This document shows positions 6,836 to 15,666 of a stretch of DNA of 35,429 nt, piece by piece (within the stretch, counting starts at the first letter, position 1; every line of letters begins with the position of its first letter). Origin of the DNA: a virus (Duplodnaviria; Caudoviricetes); IMG/VR virus record IMGVR_UViG_3300042299_000631, positions 1 through 35,429 of that record; one strand, 5' to 3'. A program made the position numbers and the translations under genes. Below the pieces are notes generated by a model, which saw only the letters and a list, made by a program, of their open reading frames with translations, made no database searches and had not been told where the DNA came from.

Positions 6836-7774
6836 TTAGTCGAGCGCGAGCGGTTTGGTAGTCTCGCCGGTGAGTTCTTTGGTGATTTGTTCGATCCGTT
6901 TTTCGATCGCGAGGACGCGGCGCAGTTGGGACCGCGCGCGAAACTGGGAGTCGTCGTCGAGTTTTTCGGAATCGACCCGGATCTCTTTGCCGTCGGTCCG
7001 GCGGATGAGGTAGGCGCCACCGGATGCGCCGAGGATCGTGGCCGTGGTTGTGTGCGCGCCATCGGCCGAGGTGAGGGGTTGAGGTTTGAGCGCGTTGAGT
7101 TCGTCGCGCAGCGTTTGCAGCTCGGCGGCGATCGTCTCGCGGCGTTCCTTCTCGCGATGCTCGGCGACGAGTTGCTGGGCTTGGGACCATTCGGCCGAGT
7201 CGATGCTGTCGAGGACCCAGCCGGACCGGTTGGCGCCGAGGATGGTTTGGTACTCGGCCGAGTCGAGGACGCGGACCAGGCCGGGGACTACTCGCGACCC
7301 CGAGACGGCGTTGGCGATTGAGACGCCGACGAGGAAAGCGGTCGTGCCGTCTTCGAGTGATAGCTGCAGACCGTCGTCACCGATGGGGCCGAGGACGTCG
7401 GCGGGTTCGTGGAGGTATGCGATCGACCCGATCCGAATTTGAGCGGCCGGCGTTTTAAGTGCCTGGTCCGGCGGTGCGGTGCCACAGCGAAAAGCGGCGG
7501 CGACGATGTCCGCGGCCATCGCCTCGCGCGGGGGCGTGTTATCCTCGGCCGGTGCGGTGTTAGTGGGCGCCGGTTCGGTTTCGGTGGTCGGTGATGGCGC
7601 CGGCGGTGGAGCGGTCGAGACGATCGGCGCAGACGGCGCGGGCGTCGGTGCGGTTGATACGCTCGGCGCCGATGTCGCCGGCGGGTTGTGTGCGCCCAAC
7701 CATAGGCCGATCCCTATGAGGCCAAACAGCGCCAGAGTGGCGAGAAGTATGAGCCGGCGCAGGAGTCTAAACAT
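6836..7774 (-). CDS. Membrane-anchored protein with Pro/Thr linker and C-terminal SHD1-like domain
   Basis: N-terminal TM LILLATLALFGLIGIGLWLG; LTSADGAHTTTATILGASGGAYLIRRTDGKEIRVDSEKLDDDSQ resembles SHD1 (T-x-x-D-G...L-R-R-x-D-G-K-x-I-x-V-x-x-x-K-L). Confidence 0.7.
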   Translation of the reverse strand: MFRLLRRLILLATLALFGLIGIGLWLGAHNPPATSAPSVSTAPTPAPSAPIVSTAPPPAPSPTTETEPAPTNTAPAEDNTPPREAMAADIVAAAFRCGTAPPDQALKTPAAQIRIGSIAYLHEPADVLGPIGDDGLQLSLEDGTTAFLVGVSIANAVSGSRVVPGLVRVLDSAEYQTILGANRSGWVLDSIDSAEWSQAQQLVAEHREKERRETIAAELQTLRDELNALKPQPLTSADGAHTTTATILGASGGAYLIRRTDGKEIRVDSEKLDDDSQFRARSQLRRVLAIEKRIEQITKELTGETTKPLALD

Positions 7775-7863
7775 GCCACACCCCCCAGTCGAGGTTCGGG
7801 GTTGATTGCGTGCCCATTCAGACTAGGGTGGACCCTAGGTTGATCGGTGCGCGTCGTGAAAAG

Positions 7864-7926
7864 TGCGGCTGAGAGGATTTGAACCTCCAAGGGGTTGCCC
7901 CCACTAGGCCCTCAACCTAGCGCGTA
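7864..7926 (-). other. attP core: 3' fragment of tRNA-Leu(GAG)
   Basis: Minus strand TACGCG-CTAGG-TTGAGGG-CCTAG-long variable arm-GGAGG-TTCAAAT-CCTCT-CAGCCGC-A; the 5' acceptor strand (GCGGCTG) and D-arm are absent; 85 bp from the integrase start. Confidence 0.88.
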
Positions 7927-8010
7927 CGCGATCGGATTGTCCCGTTTTTTTCTTGCGTGGCGCCGGTAGCGGATCAGACTGGCGTTGAGGTTACGCGTGG
8001 GGGGGTGCCG

Positions 8011-8901
8011 ATGGCTTCGAGACTTTGCGACCTGGTCGATCAGTATGAGTTGAGCCGGGAGATTTCCCGGGAGTATGCGTACCAAATGCGTTACGCGGTT
8101 GGACGGTTTGGCCGTTGGCTGGGCCGTGATCCGGTAGCCGACGACCTCGCGCCCGATACGGTTAACGCGTGGTTGATGCGAGAGCGCGACGCCGGCGAGA
8201 TCGCCGATCGGTCTCGCGCGAACGTGCGCCGATCCATCTTGACGTTGTGGAAGCGGTTCGGGCCGCCGTTGGATCGTGAGAGGATCCGTTCGGTTGTGGT
8301 TACTCCTCGGAACCCGGAAGCGTGGCATTTCGACGAGCTCGCCGCCGTGGCAGATGCGGCCGGACGGTTGGGCGGTGAATTGTTGAACGGTGTTCCGCGC
8401 GGTCTCTATTTCCGCGCGTGCCTTTGGTTTGCTTATGAAACTGGATTGAGGCGCCGAGATTGTTGGCGGTTTGATTTCCGCACGTTTGGTGATGACCGTC
8501 GCGCGACGATCACACAACACAAGACGCGGCGCGTTCATGTGGTGCAGATCACAGCGGAGACGATGCGCGACGTCGATGAGATCCGCGCCATCCTTCGGCG
8601 GCGTCGTGATCGCGCGGCGGATTTTGCTTTGCGGTGGCCTCAATGCGTGACGACCTTTTACTACTGGATGAGGGCCGCGCGCGTTGCCGCCGGTGTGGAC
8701 CCCTTTGTTGGTAACCGGTCGTTGCAGCATATACGGCGCACAGGTGCGACCGAGGTGGCGAGAGAAGGCGGCGCGGCTTGGCGTTTTCTTGGGCATACTC
8801 GCGAGGGCCTCGATCGAATTAGCTATGTTGATGCGGGGAAGACCTCGTCACCTAATATGCCACAACGGACTCGGACTAATGAACAGCCGCGGACCGCGTA
8901 A
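8011..8901 (+). CDS. Tyrosine integrase A (296 aa), attP-adjacent
   Basis: YETGLRRRD (Arg), QHKT (Lys), LQHIRRTGAT, FLGH, SYVD (Tyr); ATG 8011 preceded by GGGGGTG; no room for an arm-binding domain. Confidence 0.88.
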   Translation: MASRLCDLVDQYELSREISREYAYQMRYAVGRFGRWLGRDPVADDLAPDTVNAWLMRERDAGEIADRSRANVRRSILTLWKRFGPPLDRERIRSVVVTPRNPEAWHFDELAAVADAAGRLGGELLNGVPRGLYFRACLWFAYETGLRRRDCWRFDFRTFGDDRRATITQHKTRRVHVVQITAETMRDVDEIRAILRRRRDRAADFALRWPQCVTTFYYWMRAARVAAGVDPFVGNRSLQHIRRTGATEVAREGGAAWRFLGHTREGLDRISYVDAGKTSSPNMPQRTRTNEQPRTA

Positions 8902-9109
8902 GACCTGCTTGGCAATAGTTAACGAGGAGGCTGAGGGTAGCCCGATCGATACTCGGCGAGTATTGTCGAGAATTGCCAATAGGATCCGCGCCGAAGTGTA
9001 CGCGGATTTGGTGGAGGAGTTCCGCAAGTTGGCGAACCGTTCGGCCTCTGGTCAGTCCGTCGCGCGTGAATTGCTGGCAATTTGCAAGGCGCTTGAGACT
9101 GGCAAATAG
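8879..9109 (+). CDS. Small hypothetical protein (76 aa) overlapping the integrase stop
   Basis: MNSRGPRKTCLAIVNEEAEG...ALETGK; ends at the terminator hairpin; lower GC than neighbours. Confidence 0.5.
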   Translation: MNSRGPRKTCLAIVNEEAEGSPIDTRRVLSRIANRIRAEVYADLVEEFRKLANRSASGQSVARELLAICKALETGK

Positions 9110-9129
9110 CGACAAAAATGTCGCTTTTT
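9104..9129. terminator. Probably bidirectional terminator between convergent operons
   Basis: AGCGACA-AAAA-TGTCGCT (9108..9125) then TTTT on +, ATTT on -. Confidence 0.6.
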
Positions 9130-9250
9130 AGGGTCGAGGTGAGGCTGTTCGTGGGTCCCCTTGGTGATTTTGCCGGGATGCGGGTAGGCGAAGCCGTCGC
9201 GAGTTGAGAGACACTTTCTTTCGTTTTGGGGTCGATGAGATTTTGAGGGT

Positions 9251-10426
9251 TTACGGAGTGTCTTCGGCGCGGTTGGCGAAGTAGGCGGCGACGTCGGTGA
9301 GGAGGGCGGGGGGGGCCGCGGAGGTCCAGCGCCAGAGGCCGTTGGGGGCGGGCTCGATGTGCCGGAGTGGGTCGAAGTCGTGACGTGCGAGGATGTCGTC
9401 GCGGGTGATGTATTGGCGCCGCGCGCGGTCGCCGTGCCAGATGTGGACCGCGAGGCCGGGGACAAAGTCCCAGCGGGCGTCGGTGATGCGGTCGATGTAG
9501 CGGCGCGCGTGGTCGCGGAGGCGTGGGGTTTGGCGGCGGGTGTGGCCGTCGTCGGATTTGGTGAGCGCGGCGAAGAATGTGGCGTCGCCCCCGCCGACGA
9601 TGCTGGCGTCGTAGAGTCCGCCGATCGAGTTGAGCCAGTCGCGCGAGGCCATCCATGCGCCGCCGGGTGCGGTGCCAGGTCGGCCGCCGGCGGCGAGGAC
9701 CGCGGTGGCAGAGGGCCGTTCGTCGATGGTGGAGCCGTCGGCGTCGAGGTAGCGGATCCGGTCGAAGAGTTGGACGGCGTGCGCGCCGGCGGTGATGCGG
9801 GCCGCGGCCTCGGCGAGCCAGTCGGGGCGGGCGAGGATGATGTCGTGGTCGATCCATGCGACCAGGCGGACCCAGGGCGGGAGGGCGCCGATGGCGAGGT
9901 TGGTGGCGCGTTCCTTTTGCCAGAGGACTTGCGACGCGTCGCCGCGGATGACGGTCGAGGCGGGGAGCTCGGCCGGCGAGTGGTCGAAGGCGAGCTCGAT
10001 ACAGTGGACCGGAAGGCCGACGGTGGGGAGCCAGTGGAGATAGGTTCGGCGGAGCGCGGCGAACCCGGCCGGGTTCCAGTGGGTGGTGATGATCGCGGCG
10101 GTGGTGCCGGGGTCGGTGCGATCGGGGCAGCGATCGCAGACGGCCTTGGGCCCGAGGCCGGGGGCGAGGCGGTGGATTTGGGCGCGGTGGTGGATGTCGC
10201 AGGTGTAGACCCGCGTGTCGCCTTGGCAGGGACAGTCGGCGGAGTCGACGGCGGCGCCGCGGTGGATACAAGGGAGCTCGGCCGACGGTGGCGGGGTGCG
10301 CGGGTAGATGATCCGCGGCGGGAGGTCGTCGGCGATGTGGGCGCGTCCACAGTGTCCGCAGGTGATCGCGCGGCGGCGGTTGGTGGCGATCGCGGAGCCA
10401 CAGGGGCAGGTCAGGAGGCGAGCCAT
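9251..10426 (-). CDS. GT-A fold (GT2-like) glycosyltransferase with Cys-rich N-terminal domain
   Basis: Start moved to MARLLTCPCG; VLWQKERATNLAI...VAWIDHDII (DxD), PGGAW, IVGGGD, VHIWHG; CxC/CxxC clusters in the first ~100 aa. Confidence 0.75.
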   Translation of the reverse strand: MARLLTCPCGSAIATNRRRAITCGHCGRAHIADDLPPRIIYPRTPPPSAELPCIHRGAAVDSADCPCQGDTRVYTCDIHHRAQIHRLAPGLGPKAVCDRCPDRTDPGTTAAIITTHWNPAGFAALRRTYLHWLPTVGLPVHCIELAFDHSPAELPASTVIRGDASQVLWQKERATNLAIGALPPWVRLVAWIDHDIILARPDWLAEAAARITAGAHAVQLFDRIRYLDADGSTIDERPSATAVLAAGGRPGTAPGGAWMASRDWLNSIGGLYDASIVGGGDATFFAALTKSDDGHTRRQTPRLRDHARRYIDRITDARWDFVPGLAVHIWHGDRARRQYITRDDILARHDFDPLRHIEPAPNGLWRWTSAAPPALLTDVAAYFANRAEDTP

Positions 10427-11760
10427 TGCACGGTCAGGTCGGTGAAGCGGATGGCGCCGGTGCCGGTGATCGGGTCGGTCTCGGTCGTCGTTTGAAGGGT
10501 GGCTGCGGCGGTGCCGGTGGCCGATGGGACGACGTCGGCGGTCGTGATTTCCTGGGAGAGGATGGCGGAGGTCGGGGTGTACTGGGTGACCGCGAGGCGG
10601 TGGCGGATGGTGGGGCGCGGGTAGGGTGTGGCGTTCGAAGCGGCGGGCCAGAAGGCGCGGGAGTCGGCGTCGACCGTGGCTTGGGCGGTGTGGGTTTGTT
10701 GATCGCCCGAGGTGGCAGAGCTCGGACAACAGGAGACGGTCGCGGAGCGGACCACAAAGGACGAGGTGCCGAGGCCGCCGCGGACCGACGGGCCGAGCGA
10801 GCCGGCGACAGTGGTGGAGAATGTGCCGGCGGTTTCGTCTTGCCAGTCGAAGTCGGCGAGGGTGAGGCCGACCAGGCGCACGAAACCGGCGCCGATCGTC
10901 GAGGCGTATGACCAGCGCTCGGTCGTGGTCGTGGTGCCGTCGAAGTAGGTGTAGTCGACCTCGGCGGCGGCGGAGGCGTCGCCGATGATGTCGAAAGTGT
11001 CGGGGTGAGTCCTGCCGAGGTAGGTGTTTGTGCCGGCGGTTTGTGCGGCGTAGTTGGCCTCGGTCCCCTCGGGGAGTTGTGGTCGGTAGCAGGTGCGGGT
11101 GATCGCGGCGGGGTTGTAGGGGTCGGCGTAGTCGTCGGCGTATTCGCCGAGATAGTCGGAGTCGAGCGAGACCGTGGAGTCGGCCGCGAACCAGGCGAGG
11201 ACGTTGGTGGGGCCGACGGCGGTGAGGGTGGGGACCCGGTCGCGGTAGTTGTTGGCGCGCGTGATCAGTTGAATCGACGAGCGGGTGGTCGTGGTGCGGT
11301 TGTTGCCGGTGTATTCGTCGGGGACGACGTGGAAGCGGACGGCGGCGACCATGAGCCAGGCGGGGGTAACGTAGAGGATGAGGCGAGTCTTGCGAGTGGT
11401 CGCGTCGGTGGGCATGATCGCGGCGACGTGGCCGCCGACGGTGACCGTCCCGGCGGTGGCGCGGAGCTGGATGGTGAGGCCATCCCAGGCGAGGTCGGCG
11501 TCGCCATCGAGATCGATCTCATGAGTCCAGGCGGTGGCGCAGCCGAGGAGCGAGGCGCGGGGGGCGAGGCGTTGGCCGTCGGTCAGTCGGTATTGGCCGG
11601 AGACGATCGACCCTTCGGCGGTGGAGAATTCGGCGAGCGGCCGGGGAGTGAGTGAGGGGCGGCCGTCGAGGTAGGTGGGCGAAGAGGCGGCGTTGTCGCC
11701 GAAGAGGTAGGCGACGCAGACGCAGGAGGCGCAGCCGGGGGTGTTTGGTTTCCAGGGCAT
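10411..11760 (-). CDS. Putative tail tip / receptor-binding protein
   Basis: TAATG overlap; Cys-containing N-terminus MPWKPNTPGCASCVC; Thr-rich, beta-rich body; third gene after the tape measure. Confidence 0.55.
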   Translation of the reverse strand: MPWKPNTPGCASCVCVAYLFGDNAASSPTYLDGRPSLTPRPLAEFSTAEGSIVSGQYRLTDGQRLAPRASLLGCATAWTHEIDLDGDADLAWDGLTIQLRATAGTVTVGGHVAAIMPTDATTRKTRLILYVTPAWLMVAAVRFHVVPDEYTGNNRTTTTRSSIQLITRANNYRDRVPTLTAVGPTNVLAWFAADSTVSLDSDYLGEYADDYADPYNPAAITRTCYRPQLPEGTEANYAAQTAGTNTYLGRTHPDTFDIIGDASAAAEVDYTYFDGTTTTTERWSYASTIGAGFVRLVGLTLADFDWQDETAGTFSTTVAGSLGPSVRGGLGTSSFVVRSATVSCCPSSATSGDQQTHTAQATVDADSRAFWPAASNATPYPRPTIRHRLAVTQYTPTSAILSQEITTADVVPSATGTAAATLQTTTETDPITGTGAIRFTDLTVQWLAS

Positions 11761-12551
11761 TATGGGCACTCTTCAAAGTCGGCGACGTAGAGGCCGCCGA
11801 TTTGCTTGGCCTGGATGAATACGGACCCGGTGATCGCGGTCTTCGAGATGTTGTAAACGCGCGCGGTTTGGGTGGTGGCGGTGAGTTCGTTGTTGCTGAG
11901 GGTGTTGATCCGGTAGACGGTGCAGTCGGCCCAGGGGCAGCGGCGCAGGCCCGAGACCACAAAAGCGGCGCCGATGCCGGCGATCGGAGTGAGGGCGATG
12001 ATGGCGCCCGATGGTGCGGGTGAGCCGAGGAGGAGGAGAGCCCAGCGGGTGCCGGTGCCGGGCTCGGCCCAGATGATCCGCGCGGAGCCGGTGTCGTCGG
12101 TCGCGAGGTAGACGGTGGAGCCGGTCGCGGGGATGGCGTCGACGTAGCCGTGGGACGTGTCGAGGACGCGGATTTGGGCGGCGACGTAGCCCGAAAGATA
12201 GGCCCAGCCGTAGCGCGAGGCGGGGATCGATTCGGCGAGGATGGCCCAGCGGCCGCGGGAGTTGGCGTCGGGGGTCGAGGCTTCGAGCGTGGGCGAGTCG
12301 GTGAATTCCCCGAGGTTGGCCGAGGGTGTGACAATCGGGTCGCCGAGCTTGACGGCGGACCATTGCGCGAGGTCGGCGGCGGTGGAGTTGCGGACGCGGA
12401 TTCTTGGGCCGCGGGGGATCGCGACGCCGGCGGGGGTGGCTTGGTTTTGGGTGGCGTCGAGATGGGCCTCGGCCGCGGCGATCATGGCGTTCCACTCGCG
12501 CGCCGATGGTGCGATGCGTTGGCCCGATGAGACGCGGCGGAAGCGTGGCAT
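11760..12551 (-). CDS. Putative minor tail protein
   Basis: Position after TMP+1; MPRFRRVSSGQRIAPSAREWNAMI...IRVRNSTAADL. Confidence 0.6.
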   Translation of the reverse strand: MPRFRRVSSGQRIAPSAREWNAMIAAAEAHLDATQNQATPAGVAIPRGPRIRVRNSTAADLAQWSAVKLGDPIVTPSANLGEFTDSPTLEASTPDANSRGRWAILAESIPASRYGWAYLSGYVAAQIRVLDTSHGYVDAIPATGSTVYLATDDTGSARIIWAEPGTGTRWALLLLGSPAPSGAIIALTPIAGIGAAFVVSGLRRCPWADCTVYRINTLSNNELTATTQTARVYNISKTAITGSVFIQAKQIGGLYVADFEECP

Positions 12552-12553
12552 GA

Positions 12554-13336
12554 TCAGAGCCCCAGGGCGTTGAGGTCGGCGCGGGGGTAGACGCGCTCGA
12601 CGTAGGCCGCGGTGGGGATCTTGATCACGCGCGAGGCGTCGAGCGAGTCGTCAAAGCGGACCCACAGGTAGTCCCACCCCTGCTTGGCTACGGTGAACGT
12701 GGAGACCCCGCCGACCTCGAGCGCGGCGGCGTTGGGTGAGGCGGCGAAGCGGTAGTCGATGCGCCATTTGTCGCGGCCGCGCTTGCGGCCGGTAGCGCCG
12801 AGGAAGAGGACCTCGCCGGCGGCGAAACCGAGGAAACCGAGCGAGTTGACTTTGCCGGTGAGGTTGTAGACGTTGAGGCGGAAGGTGGCGTCGACGGTCG
12901 CGGCCGGAAGGCTGATTGATTTACCGAAGTTGTAGACGGGGACCGTGATGTCGACCCCCTCGACCCGGTCTTCGCGTACGTTGATGCAGCCGAGGTAGTT
13001 GGGGGCGGTCCAACCGGAGCGAGCGACGCGGGTGATCGTGCCGAGCGAGGTGGTGATTCGCGAATTGCCGCCGGTGGTGTCCCATTCCAGGTCGGTGTCG
13101 GCGTCGCGCAGGGAGTAGCGGGCGGTGCAGGTCCAGAGGGTGCCGGAGTCGTCGGGGTCGGCGTTGATGTATTCGAGGGTCAGGTCTTCCCAGGTGGCGG
13201 GGGCGGTTGAGGCGACCAGGTCGCGGACCTCTTCGTGGTCGGCGGCGCCGACGACGGTGTAGACGAGCTCGGCGACGGGGGCGGGGCCGAAGGTGAAGGG
13301 GCGCGAGTTGCCGCGCTCGAGAATGCGGGCGGTCAT
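12554..13336 (-). CDS. Putative distal tail / baseplate hub protein
   Basis: Directly after TMP (ATGA overlap); GKVNSLGFLGFAAGEVLFLGA, KQGWDYLWV. Confidence 0.65.
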   Translation of the reverse strand: MTARILERGNSRPFTFGPAPVAELVYTVVGAADHEEVRDLVASTAPATWEDLTLEYINADPDDSGTLWTCTARYSLRDADTDLEWDTTGGNSRITTSLGTITRVARSGWTAPNYLGCINVREDRVEGVDITVPVYNFGKSISLPAATVDATFRLNVYNLTGKVNSLGFLGFAAGEVLFLGATGRKRGRDKWRIDYRFAASPNAAALEVGGVSTFTVAKQGWDYLWVRFDDSLDASRVIKIPTAAYVERVYPRADLNALGL

Positions 13337-15666
13337 TCGTAGAGATCCCCTTCGGCGATGCCGTCGGCCGTCTTCTCGGTTGCGGTGGCGATGCGGTTGA
13401 GGGCGGTGAGTTGTTGGGAGGCGATCGTGTCGGCGCCCAGGCCGCGAGCGGCGGCGGCGTTGAATGTGGCCGCGGTGTCGCCCGAGCTCTTCGCGGCGTT
13501 AGTGCCGGCGGCGATTTGGTTGGCGAGTGCGGTTTGGCGCTTGGCGATGTCGTCGGCGGTGGTCGAGGCGGGTGGTTTGGTGTCGGCGGGTTGGCGTTCG
13601 ATCGTCGCGAGGGTTGCGGCGCGGATTTGGGCTTGGCGTGCGGCGGTGAGGTTGGAGGCGGCGGCGTCGATTTGGGCCTTGGAGCGATCGCGCCGGGCCG
13701 CGGTGTCGGTGGCGGCCATTTGGTCGAGGACGTCGGCGCGGCCGGTGCGGTTGGCCTCGATGTCGCGGCGGCGTGTGGCGCGTTGTGCGGCGCGGTCGGC
13801 GATGCGGGCGGAGAGGTCGGAGGCGGCGGCCTGGTTGGCGCCAGCGGTGCGGGAGTCGATGCGGGTGATCTCGGCTTGGACGTCGACGTCGTCAGAGACC
13901 AGGCCCTTGAGGCGGACCCAGGCCTTCTCGATGAAGCCGATCGAGGTGTTCCAGGTGCGGGTGAGGGTGTCGGTGAAGAGGGCCCAGGAGTCGGCGAGGA
14001 AGTCGATGGTCTCGACCCAGGCGACCTCGACCGCGGCCCAGCCGTTGGAGAGTGCGCCGGCGATCCCGTAGGAGATCGACGAGGCGATGGAGACGATCGA
14101 GTCGCGGAAGGAGACCCAGAGATCGGTGAGGGCGGCGGTTCCCTTGGCCCATTGGAGGGACAGGGTAGCCCAGAGGACGTCGACGGCGCCGGAGATGTTG
14201 CCGGCGCGGAGGGCGTCGGCGATCGCCTCGATCGCGAAGGAGACCTCGCCGTAGAGGTCGCCGAATTTAGCCGCGAGCCAGTCGAGGGCTTGCGCGCCGA
14301 GGCCGGAGGCGTGGAGGAGGTAGCCGCCGAGGCCGAGGACGGCGACGGAGACAAGGCCGATCGGTGAGAGGAGCCCGGCGACGATCGAGCCGACGGCGGC
14401 GAACATGCCGCCGACGAAGGCGAGGGTTGTGGAGATGCCGGCGATCGCGGCGCCGACGACGGCGAAGGCGGCGCCGGTCGCGAAGATGGCGGCGCCGACA
14501 GCGACCAGGGCGAGGGCGCCGCGGGCGTAGGTGGCGACGGCGTCTTGGTTGGCCTCGATCCATTGGATCGCGACGGTGAAGGCGCCGGAGACGGCGTCGG
14601 CGAAGCGTTTGAGCGGCGCCTGAATGGCGTCGCCGATTGCGATTGCGACCCCCTCGATCGAGGAGAGGAGGATCCGGTAGGACCCGCCGATGCCGGACTC
14701 CATCGCGGCGGCCGATTTGCTGGCGACGCCGGTGGCGGCGCGGATCGAGGCGAGGAGTTCGCGAGTATCGCCGGCGGCTTTGCCGATCGACGATGCGGCG
14801 GTGACGCCGAGGAGCCCGAAGGCGGCGGCGAAGCGTTTACCTCTTTCGGCGCTGGGTAGGTTTTGGGTGGCGGTGGCGACGTCGCCGAGGATTTCGACGA
14901 GGGGGCGAAGGTTGCCGGAGGCGTCGGCGGTGGCGACCCCGAATTGATCGCCGAAGCGCTTAGCCTCGGCGGCGGAGAGGGTGAGGAGTCGGCGGAGGGC
15001 GGTCCCGGCCTCGGACCCTTGGATCCCGACGTTGCCGAGCGTGCCGAGGATCGCGAGCGTCTCTTCGAGGGCCATGTTAGCGTCGGCGGCGACGGGGCCG
15101 GCGTATTGGAGAGACTCGCCGAGGCCCTCGACGGACGTGAAGGAGGCGTTGGCGGCTTGGGTGAGGCCATCGGCGACGCGGGTCGCGTCGGCGGCGGCGA
15201 GACCGAATTGGCGGATGGTGGCGGCCATGATCCCGGCGGAGAGGGTGGCGTCGGTGCCGGTGGCGCGGGCGAGGTTCATGACGGCGGCGGTCATGTCGAT
15301 AATCTGGTCCGGATTGAAACCCGCGCGGCCGAGCTCGGTCATGAGGCCGGCGACCTCGGAGGCGGAGTAGGAGGTCGTGGCGCCGAGTCGCTTGGCCTCG
15401 GCGGTGAGTGCGGCGAGATCGGACTCGCCGGCCTGGGTGACTGCGCCAACGGCGCGCATTTGGTCGTCGAAGGCCATGAAGGTCCGCGCGCTGAGGGCGA
15501 GCGGGAGGGCGGCCGCGCCGCCGGCGGCGGCGATTTGGGAACCGAGGAGCCGGGCCGATTGGCCAAAGTCGGTCAGTCGTCGTTGAGCGGCGGCGAGGCC
15601 GGTGAGGAACCGCGCGTTGCGCGTCGTGAGCTCGACGTAGGCCGCGCCGGCTTTGACTTGCGACAT
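13333..15666 (-). CDS. Tail tape measure protein (TP901 family)
   Basis: 777 aa, Ala-rich; FDDQMRAVGAV, LGATTSYSASEVA, LGNVGIQGSEAGTALRR; hydrophobic middle region. Confidence 0.93.
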   Translation of the reverse strand: MSQVKAGAAYVELTTRNARFLTGLAAAQRRLTDFGQSARLLGSQIAAAGGAAALPLALSARTFMAFDDQMRAVGAVTQAGESDLAALTAEAKRLGATTSYSASEVAGLMTELGRAGFNPDQIIDMTAAVMNLARATGTDATLSAGIMAATIRQFGLAAADATRVADGLTQAANASFTSVEGLGESLQYAGPVAADANMALEETLAILGTLGNVGIQGSEAGTALRRLLTLSAAEAKRFGDQFGVATADASGNLRPLVEILGDVATATQNLPSAERGKRFAAAFGLLGVTAASSIGKAAGDTRELLASIRAATGVASKSAAAMESGIGGSYRILLSSIEGVAIAIGDAIQAPLKRFADAVSGAFTVAIQWIEANQDAVATYARGALALVAVGAAIFATGAAFAVVGAAIAGISTTLAFVGGMFAAVGSIVAGLLSPIGLVSVAVLGLGGYLLHASGLGAQALDWLAAKFGDLYGEVSFAIEAIADALRAGNISGAVDVLWATLSLQWAKGTAALTDLWVSFRDSIVSIASSISYGIAGALSNGWAAVEVAWVETIDFLADSWALFTDTLTRTWNTSIGFIEKAWVRLKGLVSDDVDVQAEITRIDSRTAGANQAAASDLSARIADRAAQRATRRRDIEANRTGRADVLDQMAATDTAARRDRSKAQIDAAASNLTAARQAQIRAATLATIERQPADTKPPASTTADDIAKRQTALANQIAAGTNAAKSSGDTAATFNAAAARGLGADTIASQQLTALNRIATATEKTADGIAEGDLYE

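Noticed and set aside
7864-7950. Complete phage tRNA-Leu gene
   Set aside because: The 5' acceptor strand and D-arm are missing; it is an attP fragment.
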